A program made the translations under genes and the position numbers. Positions 15,001 to 26,082 of a stretch of DNA of 26,981 nt are shown here, piece after piece. The DNA is from a virus. The notes under the pieces are model-generated. The model saw nothing but the letters and a program-made list of their open reading frames with translations. It had not been told where the DNA came from and ran no database searches. The first letter of the stretch is position 1, and each line of letters starts with the position of its first letter. Location of the stretch: positions 1-26,981 of IMG/VR virus record IMGVR_UViG_3300045988_122866; one strand, written 5' to 3'.

Positions 15001-15147
15001 CGGGATGTGGTTGTGCGTTCTGCAAAAGAGCGAGAGTAAGGCTGGTATACTCTCAGAGAATAAACGAGTTAGAACCTTATGGATGGGGGTGTATTTCGGG
15101 AAAAAATTTTTTTTGATTTGTGTTTTTTCTTTTGCGTGGTCAAAACG

Positions 15148-15310
15148 CAATCTAAATCAATTTTCAATTTCAGAATACGGTTTAAAACAATAAATCAATT
15201 TTTAATTTCAGATTACGAAGAATAATTTAAATTTACTATAATTAATTTTCAATTTCAGAATACGATTTAAAACAACAAATCAATTTTCGATTTCAAATTA
15301 CGATTTCTTT
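15148..15310. repeat. Iteron-like tandem direct repeats, 3-4 units of about 30-40 bp with core AAATCAATTTTCAATTTCAGAATACGATTTAAAACAA, in an AT-rich stretch
   Basis: A 32-nt near-exact repeat (about 15160-15190 vs 15245-15275, one mismatch) plus two partial units. Located at the early/late boundary. Confidence 0.65.
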
Positions 15311-15394
15311 TTTCTACCCCTTTTGGGCTTCTCACCCCACATAAGAGTGTATAATCCAGAAGTAGCAGAATAAGTAGCTTTCTGCTGATACTTT

Positions 15395-15790
15395 TTAGCA
15401 ACTGCCTTCAAGGGACTGAGTGGTTTCCGCATTTAATTTTTCCTCCATATATTCGATTAATTTATCTTTATATTTACAACTATCAATATATCTATTAATA
15501 GTATTTATATCATATTTTTCCATTAAGTGTTCTAATACATATTTGTATTTATTCAACTGATATTCTTCTTGTTCTTCTTTGGTGCTTAATTGAGCCTTTT
15601 CCGCGTCTGATAAAGGTCTGTAAGTAATCGTTCTTGACCCATTATCCTTTTGCTCAATACGTATTGTTTTAAATAATTTCCAATCTCTTACAAAAGGGTC
15701 TTTATCTCTTGTAGTGTTAAAATATTCTTGTTCTAATCTAAATATTACCGCGTCTATCCCTCTTACTTCAAAAGGCTGGTTCCATCCCAT
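15395..15790 (-). CDS. Hypothetical protein (start MGWNQPFEV…)
   Basis: SD GGGAGGA 8 nt before the internal ATG. Overlaps the end of the upstream gene by about 20 nt. TAA stop. Confidence 0.5.
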   Translation of the reverse strand: MGWNQPFEVRGIDAVIFRLEQEYFNTTRDKDPFVRDWKLFKTIRIEQKDNGSRTITYRPLSDAEKAQLSTKEEQEEYQLNKYKYVLEHLMEKYDINTINRYIDSCKYKDKLIEYMEEKLNAETTQSLEGSC

Positions 15791-16160
15791 CTTCAATATC
15801 CTCCCATTCAAATGTTCCATCATCTAATTCATATACAAATGCTTGTTTATAAAATGATGAAACAATTCCATCATTTGTAATTCCTTTTGGACTATTTTTT
15901 ACATCATGAAAACAATTATAAACAATTAGTCCTTGCGTTTCATATCGTGAAAAATCTACTGCCCTTCCCTCAAAATCATAATTATAAAATATGTTTAATA
16001 ATAGCATACACTCATATTGTGCGATTGGCCATTTATTTAATTCTTTTTGCTAATTTGCCATTTTTTGGTATAATACCCAAAAGGCTTTTCTATATAACCA
16101 TAAAAAAAGGAGTGATGCTACTAACGCACAACTCAATAATACAATAAAAATAGTTTCCAT
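15768..16160 (-). CDS. Membrane-anchored protein with one in-frame TAG codon (at about 16050-16052) read through
   Basis: ATG at 16160 with SD AAGGAGTA. Promoter at about 16186-16220 (TTGACA-17-TATTAT). The frame is continuous with track ORF 15768..16007 across a single TAG. N-terminal TM helix IFIVLLSCALVASLLFLWLY. Confidence 0.5.
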
Positions 16161-16299
16161 AAATACTCCTTTTCTTTTTTCTTATAATAATAATAAAATA
16201 AAAATAAAGAAATGTCAAGTCATAGAGCGTGATTGGGCAAAAGTTATTTGTTTTGTTAAAAAAATTTTTAAATATAAAAAGAAAAAATTTTAAATGAAA

Positions 16300-16330
16300 C
16301 TTGACAAAAAAAATTTTTTCGAGTATAATA
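16300..16330 (+). promoter_or_regulatory. Consensus sigma70 promoter TTGACA-N17-TATAAT driving the plus-strand late-type operon
   Basis: cTTGACAaaaaaaattttttcgagTATAATat. GGAGGT SD then ATG at 16354. Coordinates +/-1. Confidence 0.75.
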
Positions 16331-16353
16331 TAAATATAGACTGGAGGTAAAAA

Positions 16354-17409
16354 ATGATAAAACTTGATTATTCTTTACAAACTCCAGAAGAAAGAAATCA
16401 ATTAGTCGAACAAATTTTGGCTGATAATCCAGATCCGCCTGAAAAGTATTTAGAAATTTTAGCAGACTATTTGGTTCTTTGTATGGAGAAACAAGAAAAA
16501 AAGGAGAAAAAATTATTAACTGATAATCGTATGGCTACAGTTAATAAGCGTGAGATTTCTTTTGAAGGTCTTGTTTCCCAACTCGAAAATGGCGAAGATG
16601 GAATTTATAATTTAATTACAGACAATAGAAATACAATATTTCAACCACATATTACAATTACAAAAAAAGATTTAGAAGAGATACCAAGTTTAAATTAGTT
16701 AAGAGAAGCCATTAATGTTTGGGAGGCTAAATTAAAAGTAACAGAAGGCAAAGATGCTTTTGTTATTAAAAAGGCTCTTATTGAAATGCGTAAAGATTAG
16801 TATGTTATGAAAAATGCTTATCGTCGTCCAATAGTGCCTACAAAATTAACTAGATCAAAGTCTTATATTCCATTAGATGATAAAACATTTATTTTTGATG
16901 ATGATGGTTTTCCCATTCCTGATGGAATTAGTTTATTAAGACCTGAAATATGTTCTGCGGTTTTATGTAATTATTCCCGATTAAAGCAAGATAGTTGGGG
17001 CGAATACGATAAAGACTTATGGTATTTAATGGAGGATTTTGATAAGCTTTGTGATAAAGCTTTAGCTAATTATCCTCTTTATGATAGAATCGTTGAATAT
17101 AAAATTGATGGTTTACAAAATATTGACATTCAAGAGAAAATACAAATGGAATTTGGCATTAAGCACAGTCTTGAATATATTTCAAGTTTATGGCGTAATA
17201 AAATTCCAAAATTAATTGCTTCGACTGCGGAAGATGAATATTTAGATAATTATTATTTAAATGTTGAAAAAGGTAAATATAAAAAATGTAGTCGTTGTGG
17301 TAAAATAAAATTAGCTCATAATAAATATTTTAGTAAAAATAAAACAAGTAAAGATGGCTTTTATAGTATTTGTAAAAGTTGTCGAAATTCTAAGGCCAAA
17401 AAATCTTAA
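16354..17409 (+). CDS. Hypothetical protein, 351 aa, with a C-terminal CxxC-N17-CxxC zinc ribbon. Contains 2 in-frame TAG codons (16696, 16795).
   Basis: Track ORFs 16354..16698 and 16807..17409 are in the same frame. The intervening segment has no TAA or TGA. TAA stop. Confidence 0.6.
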
Positions 17410-17458
17410 TATTGTCCTTTTGTTTATAATAAATAGTTGAAAGGAGAATATTTTATTT

Positions 17459-18646
17459 ATGGCTGAAACATATTATTGCGAAAAATGTAATCGCACAATG
17501 AATGGCACGGAATTCTATTCATCTAATAATTTAGAAAAATATCCTAATGATGGTAAATTTCCTGTGTGCAAAAAATGTATGACAATGCACGTCGATAATT
17601 GGAATCCAGATACTTATTTATGGATTTTGCAAGAAGCAGATGTTCCTTATGTCCCAGATGAATGGAATAAATTAATGGAAAAATATGGACGCGATCCGCA
17701 GTCTATGACCGGTATGACAATTCTTGGACGTTATTTGTCAAAAATGAAACTCAAATAGTTTAAAGATTATCGTTGGAAAGATACAGAATTTTTATAGTAG
17801 ATGGCGAATAATAAATTAGAACAAACTATGAAGCGTCAAGGATATGATGCTCAATAGATTGCAACCGCTATTGAAAAAAGTTCTATTGCTATTCCAGAAG
17901 GAGAACTAAAAGAGCCGGTTTATGCTCCACCACCTAATGCCCCTACGGAAGATTATTTCGCACAATAGAGGGGTGAAGTGGAACAAGAATTAGACTTAAC
18001 TGATGAAGACCGCACTTATTTAAGACTTAAATGGGGCAAAACTTATAAACCTGAAGAATGGGTTAAGCTTGAATAGCTGTATGAAGAAATGATGGCTTCT
18101 TATGATATTCAAGGTGCCGGACATAAAGATACGCTAAAATTAATATGTAAGACATCTTTAAAGGCAAATCAATTGATCGATATTGGTGATATTGAAGGTT
18201 TCCAAAAGATGAGCAAAGTATACGATAGCTTAATGAAGTCTGGTAAATTTACTGCTGCTCAAAACAAAGCAGAATCAGGTGAATTTGTTGATTCAATTGG
18301 TGAATTAATTGAATTGTGTGAAAAAGAAGGATATATTGAAAGATATTATGTTGAATAGCCACATGATAAAGTGGATTTAACTATTCAAGATATGCAACGT
18401 TATACTCGCACTCTTATCGAAGATGAAACTAATATTAGCACAATGGTAGAAAAGGCTTTACGCGAAAATGCTAAAGAAGATGAAGAGAAAGCAAAGAACG
18501 CGGAAAGCGATATCGTTGATGATGCTGATTTAAGTATTGAAGAACTTGAAAAAACTATTAAAGATAGTGATTATGCGGATTTTGAGGAATTTAAAGAATA
18601 GGAATCTGCGCAAGATAATGAGTTCTTATAGGGTTTGGATAAATAA
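17459..18646 (+). CDS. Hypothetical protein, 395 aa, with an N-terminal CxxC-N23-CxxC zinc ribbon and an acidic C-terminus. Contains 9 in-frame TAG codons including a tandem TAG-TAG. Candidate small terminase by position only.
   Basis: Track ORFs 17459.., 18089.. and 18371.. share one frame. A codon-by-codon walk finds no TAA or TGA until TAA 18644-18646, which overlaps the TerL ATG (TAATG). SD AAAGGAGAA. Confidence 0.55.
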
Positions 18647-20385
18647 TGGCATTACAAGATTTACTGTAGTTAAGTGATAGCCGTAGAAAAATAGGTCTAT
18701 CACCGGAGCGAGTAGAAGCGGTAATGCCTACTATCCGCAAATACGTTGCCTTTTGGAGAGAATATCCTGATTTATTTGTAGATTTTATGGTGCGAGGAAG
18801 ACGCACTGAAATAAAAGATGGAGAATTTAATTTTTATTTTTATTAGAGAGTATTTCTCCGTTCTGTTATGCGTTATTAGTATGTTTACGCGGTTTTCCCT
18901 CGTGCTTATTCTAAATCATTCTTGTCTGTTATGGCATTAATGATTAGATGTATTTTATATCCTGGTGCGCACTTGTTCGTTACTTCTGGAGGTAAAGAGC
19001 AAGGTGCTAGTATTCTTCATGATAAAGTTCAAGAAATATGTGAACTTATTCCAAGCTTTAATCGAGAAATTGATTGGAGTCGAGGAAAAACTCTTGAAGG
19101 AAAAGATAAAGTTAGATATGTGTTTAAAAATGGTTCAGTTTTGGATAACCTCGCAGCTCGTGAAAGCACTCGTGGTCAGCGTCGTCATGGTGGATTAATG
19201 GAAGAATGTGTCGGTATTGATGATGCTATTCTTCGTGAAGTTATTATTCCTGTTATGGCAATTTCTCGTAGAGCTAAAGATGGCACTACCAATGAACAAG
19301 AGCCATTAAACAAATCACAGATCTATATTACTACTGCTGGTTATAAGGGCACATTCCCTTATGATAGACTTATTGGTTTCTTAGTTCGTATGGTGACTTA
19401 GCCTGATCGTTGTATGGTATTGGGCGGAACATGGCGAACTCCTGTTGCAGTAGGATTACAAAGTAAAACATTTATTACTGACCAAAAGAATGAAGGAACT
19501 TATAATGAAGCTTCATTCGAACGTGAATATGAATCTAAGTGGTCAGGAACTGTTGAGGATGCTTTCTTTAATGGAGAGCATTTTGATAGGAATAGAAAAC
19601 TATTATAGCCTGAATATGAAGCTTCTGGACGTGCGGGCGCACAAGCTTATTATGTGCTTTCTGTAGATGTAGGTCGTAAAGGGTGTGATTCAGTAGTTTG
19701 TGTATTTAAAGTAACACCACAAGCTCAAGGCCCAGCTATTAAATCATTAGTAAATATGTATACTATGTCAGATGACCATTTTGAAGATTAGGCTATTAAA
19801 TTAAAGAAATTATTTTATAAATATAAAGCTAAAACTTTAGTTATAGATGGTAATGGTTTAGGTATTGGACTTTTAGATTATATGGTAAAATCTCAAAATG
19901 ATGAAGATGGTGAATTTTTACCTGATTTTGGTGTTGAGAATGATGATGATGGATATTATAAAAAATATCGCACACCAAATACTCAATTTGATGCTATGTA
20001 TGTTATTAAAGCAAATGCTCCAATAAATACTGAATGTCATGCTAATGCTCAGACTCAATTGCAAGCGGGTAAAGTAAAATTCTTAATAGATGAGAGAACA
20101 GCTAAAGAAAAATTATTAGCTACTCAAAAAGGTTCAAAAATGACTTCTGAACAAAGGGCAGATTATTTAAAACCATTTACTTTAACCTCCATATTAAAAG
20201 AAGAAATGATGAATTTACGCGAAGAAAATGAAGGTATTAATATTATCCTAAAACAGGCAAATCGTGGAATTCGTAAAGATAAATTTTCGGCTTTTGAATA
20301 TGGATTATATTATTTAAAACTTGAAGAAGATAAAAAGAAAAAACGTAAAAAGTTTAATGCGGCTGATTGGTGCTTTTTAAATTAA
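18646..20385 (+). CDS. terL: Terminase large subunit, 579 aa, with 6 in-frame TAG codons
   Basis: Track ORFs 18922.., 19414.. and 19882.. are in one frame, and the frame extends upstream to ATG 18646 across 3 more TAGs. Walker-A-like PRAYSKS after FYFY(Q)RVF. C-terminal nuclease-like segments YVLSVDVGRKGCDSVV and LVIDGNGLGIGLLDYM. Confidence 0.8.
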
Positions 20386-20397
20386 GGAGGGTGGAAA

Positions 20398-20754
20398 ATG
20401 CGTGCTTCAAGAGGAGAAATTAAAATTGAAGAAATCTTAGAAGAAGCAGGACTACCTTTTAAAATGGAATATATCTTTCCAGATTTAAAAAGCCCAAGCG
20501 GGCGTCCGCTTCGTTTTGATTTTGTTATATTTGATGATGATGGAAAAATTGATTTCATTATTGAGTATTAGGGAAAATAGCATTATGAAGCCAGTTCTAA
20601 ATTTGGCGGAAAACGCGGTTTATACCAGTAGCAATATAATGATAATCAAAAAAGACGTTTTTGCGCTTTACATGATTTTAGATTAATAGAGATTCCATAT
20701 ACCGACGAAAACCTTATTTCTTATGATTATATAATGAAATTAGCAGGTTATTAA
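20398..20754 (+). CDS. Small PD-(D/E)xK (Vsr/DUF559-like) nuclease-fold protein, about 118 aa, with 3 in-frame TAGs
   Basis: SD AAGGAGGG. FDFVIFDDDGKIDFIIEY(TAG)GK(TAG)HY fits the D…E-x-x-G-x-Q-H signature if TAG is Gln. TAA stop. Confidence 0.5.
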
Positions 20755-20767
20755 AGGAGGTGGAACT

Positions 20768-22417
20768 TTGGATACGCAAGATCGTAATGAATAGATTCAT
20801 GCTAAAGGTTTTGATATTTATAATGGTCGTTATGAATATAATTATAATGATACCATGGACTATGCCAATAGAAAAATAAAAGTTGGCACAAAAACTTTAG
20901 ATGACGCTATTTTAAAACTTGGTGATTATAGTAAGATTAGATATCCAGGTCAAAATCGTATTATCACGAAACCTGATGTGCTTCGCGCGCTCGCAGAAAG
21001 AGATCTAAATGCTTTGCGATACATCTCTAATTTTTATTATGATATAAGTGGTGTATATCAACGAGTTTGTAATTATGTTGCTTTTTTATATCGTTATGAT
21101 TGGTATATTGCAGCCGAAACTTATGATGACAATGTAAAAGAAGAAAAAGTTTTAAAAGATTTTTATAAAATGTTGAATTATTTTGATAATAGCTATATTA
21201 AAAAGGTTTGCGGAGATATTGCTTTACAAGTTGTTAAAAATGGATGCTATTATGGTTATATAGTTCCTTCAGAGAAAAATCTAATTTTACAAGAATTACC
21301 AGTTAGATATTGTAGAACACGTTATAGTGTAAATAATACCCCAGTTGTTGAATTTGATATGCGATTTTTTGATACTTTTAGAGATATGAATTATCGTTTA
21401 AAAGTATTAAAATTATTCCCAGAAGAATTTGCTAAAGGTTATGTTCTATATAAACAAGGAAAACTTGCTTTGGAAGAGGCAGTTGGATGCTAGCATACTG
21501 GTAGTTGGTATGTTCTTGAACCAGAAAATTGTGTTAAATTTAATATTAATAATAGTGATGTTCCTATTTTTGTAAATTCGATTCCTACTATTATGGATTT
21601 AGATGCAGCGCAAGATCTTGACCGCAAGAAACAAATGTAGAAGTTGCTTAAAATTTTAGTCCAAAAGCTCCCAATGGATAAAAACGGTGATTTGATATTT
21701 GATGTTGATGAAGCCAGAGATATCCATAATAATGCCGTTTAGATGTTATAGAGGGCTATTGGAGTAGATGTTTTAACTACATTTACCGATGTAGATTCTA
21801 TTGATATGTCTGATAAGAATACTACTACAACGACAGATGATTTAGCTAAAGTTGAACGTAGCGTTTATAATTCGTTAGGTATTTCATAGAATTTATTTAA
21901 TACTGATGGTAATATGGCTTTAGAAAAATCAGTGTTAAATGATGAATCTACAATAAGAAGTTTAATTTTATAGTTTAATATATTCTTTAATAGAATTATT
22001 GAAAAAAAGAGTAGTAATAAGAAATATAATTTTAGATTTTATTTATTAGAAACTACTCAGAATAATTATCAAACACTTTCTAAAATGTATAAAGAACAAG
22101 CGCAAATGGGACAATCAAAGCTATTGTCTTAGATTGCTCTTGGACATTCGTAGAGTTTTATTCTTAATGCAGCTCATTTTGAAAATGAGATTTTACATTT
22201 AAGTGAAATTATGATTCCTCCTCTTATGAGTTCTACTATGGGTAGTGAAGATATTTTGGGTTTAAAAGGTTCATCATCTAATAATAAAACTCAAAATAAT
22301 TCAGGAAGTTCAGGCTCTGGAACTGCTAAAGCTTCTAATGGCGAGGCAGGACGTCCGGAAAAACCTGATGATTAGAAAAGTGAAAAAACTATTCAAAATA
22401 AAGAAGCAATGAAATAA
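20768..22417 (+). CDS. Putative portal protein, about 549 aa, with at least 9 in-frame TAG codons
   Basis: SD AAAGGAGGT then a TTG start (alternative ATG at 20855). The frame is continuous with track ORF 20855..21493 through to TAA 22415-22417, with no TAA or TGA in 1.6 kb. Size and position after TerL fit a portal. Confidence 0.55.
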
Positions 22418-22426
22418 GGAGGATTT

Positions 22427-24004
22427 ATGAAACATACAAGTATTAAATTAAATACACCTTGTGAGTTTATAAATATAACTCCTGTAAATCCTTTAATTTC
22501 TAAATGCCAAATTAAGGTTTGTTATGTAGATGATAAACCTAATCGTAACAAAAGTGTAATTACTAAAGATGTAGCGACTGAGATGGCTAATAGCCTTCCT
22601 GGTAGTCCTATTGTTGGCTTTTTTAATGAGAATGCTGAAGATTTTGAAGAACATAATAGGATAATTGAATTATCTAACGGCGAATTTAGAATGAGAGATG
22701 ATACTCGTCCTTATGGTTTTGTTGATCTTGGAGCTAAAGTTTGGTTTTAGAAATTTTTGGATGATGGTGTTGCCGAACGTGAGTATTTAATGACTGAAGG
22801 TTATTTGTGGACTGGTTAGTATCCTGAATGTAAACGTGTAATTGATAAAGGGAATAATCATTCTATGGAGCTTGATGAAAAAACATTAAATGCTACGTGG
22901 GCAAAAGATAGCAATGGAAAACCTTAGTTTTTTATTATAAATAAGGCAATTATTTCTAAACTTTGTATTTTGGGAGAAGAAAATGAACCTTGTTTCGAAG
23001 GTTCCCAAATCAATGTGAATTTTTCATTCGATGATGGTTTTAAGAACACTTTGTTCTCCATGATGAATGAACTTAAAGAATTTATGAAAGAAGGAGGAGC
23101 CAAAGTGTTTACACAATACGCTGTTAATATTGGCGACAATTTGTGGAATTCTCTTTATTCTTATATTGAGAATAAGTATCCTGTCGAACCAAAGAATTAT
23201 TGTTCTGTTTATCGCATTGAAGGTGTTTGCGAAGATGGTGAACAAAAGTTTGCTGTTTTGAAGAATAAGCAGGATGAAAAATACTATCGTATGGATTTTT
23301 CTCTTGAAGCAGAGAATTTCGTTCCTTCTGATACTTTGATTGAAGTAACTGATTATGCTCCTGCGGCTGAGCCTCAGTTTGCTCTTAATGCTGTAGAAGA
23401 ATTTGAAAATGAGTATGCTTCAAAAAAGAAAGCAGAAGAGGACAAAAATAATAAATCAAATAATCCTGACGGTGAAAATAAATCAGAGGGCAATGATAAT
23501 AAAAAGAACCCTGATAATGGAGAGCCCTCTAATAAGTCTGATAAAGGCGACAACGGTGAGAATGATGATGATAAAAAGAAAAAGAAAAATTATTCTCTTG
23601 AGGACGTTGTTGAATATACTGAACTTAAAGCTCAGTATGATGAATTACAGACTAAATTCGCAGCTCTTGAAACTGAAAATAATAGCTTGAAAGAGCAAAT
23701 TGCTCCACTTGCTGAATTTAAAAATGCTGCTGAGAAGAAAGATAAAGAAGATATGATTGCTAAATTCTATATGCTTTCTGATGAAGATAAAGCTGATGTT
23801 GTTGAAAATATTGATAAATATTCTCTTGATGATATTGAAGCTAAATTATCTGTTATTTGTGTTCGCAACAAGGTGAGTTTCGACCTTGACGAAAATAATA
23901 AGCCCAATGGTGCTACTACTTTTAATTTGAACAATAATGGTTCAGAAGACGATGATATGCCCGCTTGGGTGAAGGCGGCTTTTGCTACCGCCAACAAAAA
24001 TTAA
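22427..24004 (+). CDS. Scaffold-like protein, 525 aa: N-terminal globular domain (3 TAGs at 22748, 22817, 22925), acidic low-complexity linker, C-terminal coiled coil. Possibly a protease-scaffold fusion.
   Basis: SD AAGGAGG. Track ORFs 22427..22750 and 22970..24004 are in the same frame, verified codon by codon. Contains a KE/D-rich segment and heptad-like repeats. Confidence 0.5.
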
Positions 24005-24021
24005 TAAGGAGGACATACTAA

Positions 24022-24939
24022 ATGTTTAAAGACTTTTTGAATAAGAATCTTCCTATTAAGTCTCAGGCAAAGTATGTTGAGTTTGGTTACGGTCAGGTCG
24101 AGCCTAATCACCTTTCCGCGCAAAGAAATGCTCAAATCTATGCTCAACTTCCTGCCAATAAAGACATTGAGATTCTTGAAAACGGTCAGTTTGTAAAGTA
24201 TGACTATGCTGCTAATGGTAATGGTATCGGCGAAGTCAACTTTACTGGCGAAGGTGAATGGATGCTCGTTTATAATGAGATTAAGCTTTATCGTGATCAT
24301 TATGATGGCAGTAAGCAGTGGGACTGCGAATTTGCTATGATTAAAGATGACTATCAGGCTCGTGTTTATAGTCCTTATGATTGGGAGCATACCGAGGTTG
24401 AATATGGTGGTCGTTTCTGGAATGGTGTTGATGAAAAGGGTCAAACCTATAAGTTAATCAATCAGACCGTTTCCGCAGATCAAGGTTTAAAGACTGTTAC
24501 TATTGCTGGTCGTGTTTATGATGTTGATGAAACCGGCAAGTTTACTTATGATGGTAATGAATATACTCTTGATAGTAATCATCAGGTTGCTAATGTTCCT
24601 GTAAAGTATTACTATGATAAGCTTCTTACTGATGTTCCTGATATGTATGAAATGAATTGGACCAATGATCCATATCATAAGTTAGGTATTTATCATGAGA
24701 AGTTCATGGAATCTGGCACTTCTATGGTTCCTCGTGTATTTAAGACCATGATTGGTGATCTTTATACTACTAATATGATTAATGAAGAGACTCTTGCTGT
24801 TGGAGATAAGCTTTCTCCTTCTGCTGCTACAAAGGGTATTCTTAGCAAAACTGGCGACGATTCAATGACCTGGCAGGTTGTTAAGGTTTATACTATGCCT
24901 GATGGTCAAAAGGGCGTCAAGGTAATGCGTATTAAGTAA
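24022..24939 (+). CDS. Major structural protein (capsid, decoration or second coat protein), 305 aa, TAG-free
   Basis: Strong SD AAGGAGG. Codon usage shifts to GCT/GGT/CGT/CTT, typical of highly expressed genes. Lies between the scaffold-like gene and the capsid candidate. Confidence 0.45.
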   Translation: MFKDFLNKNLPIKSQAKYVEFGYGQVEPNHLSAQRNAQIYAQLPANKDIEILENGQFVKYDYAANGNGIGEVNFTGEGEWMLVYNEIKLYRDHYDGSKQWDCEFAMIKDDYQARVYSPYDWEHTEVEYGGRFWNGVDEKGQTYKLINQTVSADQGLKTVTIAGRVYDVDETGKFTYDGNEYTLDSNHQVANVPVKYYYDKLLTDVPDMYEMNWTNDPYHKLGIYHEKFMESGTSMVPRVFKTMIGDLYTTNMINEETLAVGDKLSPSAATKGILSKTGDDSMTWQVVKVYTMPDGQKGVKVMRIK

Positions 24940-24956
24940 GAAAGGAGAAAAGGATA

Positions 24957-26063
24957 ATGTTAGATAAAAATAATTTAATTGCTCTTATGAAGCAAGTTGC
25001 TAAGGCTGATCCTTCTGCTCCTGTTGCTTATAGTTATGAGGGAAAAAATCTTAGTTATGAAGCCTTAAATGAAACTCTTCGTAATGAAATGAATGAGTTG
25101 GCTGGTACTTACGCTCTTTATCGTGAAAATAAGAATCTTATTTTCTCTATGATTGAGCAGACTCTTGATGAGGTTCTTCCTAAGAAAGTTATTCAGCAAT
25201 ATGATCAGTTTGCTGAGGTTAAAACTTTCGCTCAGGGTGATAAGCCTATTTTCCGTCGTCCTCTTAATAATCGTGCTCGTGCTAAGCAGTTTGTAACTCG
25301 CGTTGGTCTTGCTGGTATTTATGAAGTCTTCAAGCTCGGACCTAAAGAGAATGAAGCCTTTGAGGTACGTACTAGCGCTATCGGCGGAGCTGCTCAGATT
25401 GGCTTCGAAGAGTTCCTTGATGGTCGTGTTGATTTCGGTGAAGTAACCAAGATCATCATGGATGGTATGGATGAACTTATTTATAAAGAAGTTGCTGCTG
25501 CTCTTAGATCTTCTATCAATCAGCTTCCTCCTGCTAACCGCGTTGCGGCTGCCGGATTTGATGAAGCTGCTATGGATCGTTTGATCACTATTGCTTCTGC
25601 TTATGGTACTCCTACTATTTATTGTACTTATGAGTTCGCTGTTAAGATGATTCCTCATGAGGCTTGGAGATATACTGAAGCTATGAAGAACGAGCTTTGG
25701 AATAATGGTCGTCTTGCTACTTACAAGGGCACTAAGGTTATTATTCTTGAGCAGGGCTTTGAAGATGAAACAAATACTCGTAAGGTTATTGATCCTGGTT
25801 ATGCTTGGGTTATTCCTACGGGCGCTGATGGTAAGCCTGTAAAGATTGCTTTCGAAGGTGGCACTATTGTTGACGAGTTCAACAATTATGATCGTTCTCG
25901 TGAGATTCAGGTTTACAAGAAGGTTGGCGTAGTTTGTATGCTTGCTAATAACATCTGTGCTTATGTTGATACTTCACTTCTCGGTCAGATGTATACTTGG
26001 AATTATGATGGAGTCACCGGTAAGGTTGTCACTTATGATGGCCGTCTTGATGGCAAGATCTAA
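24957..26063 (+). CDS. Putative major capsid protein, 368 aa, TAG-free
   Basis: SD AAGGAGAAAAGG. High-expression codon bias. Followed by the strongest terminator in the late region. Size fits an HK97-fold coat protein. Confidence 0.5.
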   Translation: MLDKNNLIALMKQVAKADPSAPVAYSYEGKNLSYEALNETLRNEMNELAGTYALYRENKNLIFSMIEQTLDEVLPKKVIQQYDQFAEVKTFAQGDKPIFRRPLNNRARAKQFVTRVGLAGIYEVFKLGPKENEAFEVRTSAIGGAAQIGFEEFLDGRVDFGEVTKIIMDGMDELIYKEVAAALRSSINQLPPANRVAAAGFDEAAMDRLITIASAYGTPTIYCTYEFAVKMIPHEAWRYTEAMKNELWNNGRLATYKGTKVIILEQGFEDETNTRKVIDPGYAWVIPTGADGKPVKIAFEGGTIVDEFNNYDRSREIQVYKKVGVVCMLANNICAYVDTSLLGQMYTWNYDGVTGKVVTYDGRLDGKI

Positions 26064-26082
26064 TTTAATATAAATTATTCCA

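Noticed and set aside
15148-15310. Considered CRISPR for the tandem repeats (also 1-54)
   Set aside because: The repeats abut each other with no unique spacers and are AT-rich and degenerate. They are iteron or tandem-repeat architecture, not repeat-spacer.
15768-15823. Programmed frameshift joining 15768..16007 and 15395..15823 (56-nt overlap)
   Set aside because: An internal ATG (15790) with a strong GGGAGGA SD gives a normal short-overlap gene pair. No slippery heptamer is present.
17795-17803. TAG-TAG followed by ATG as a true gene boundary inside 17459-18646
   Set aside because: Same reading frame continues, no SD before the ATG, and every other late gene has a strong SD. Read as Gln-Gln.
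18646-22417. Late-gene TAGs as pseudogenisation of a decaying prophage
   Set aside because: Only TAG interrupts the frames, never TAA or TGA, across more than 5 kb of AT-rich coding sequence. Genes keep strong SDs, coupled starts and conserved motifs.
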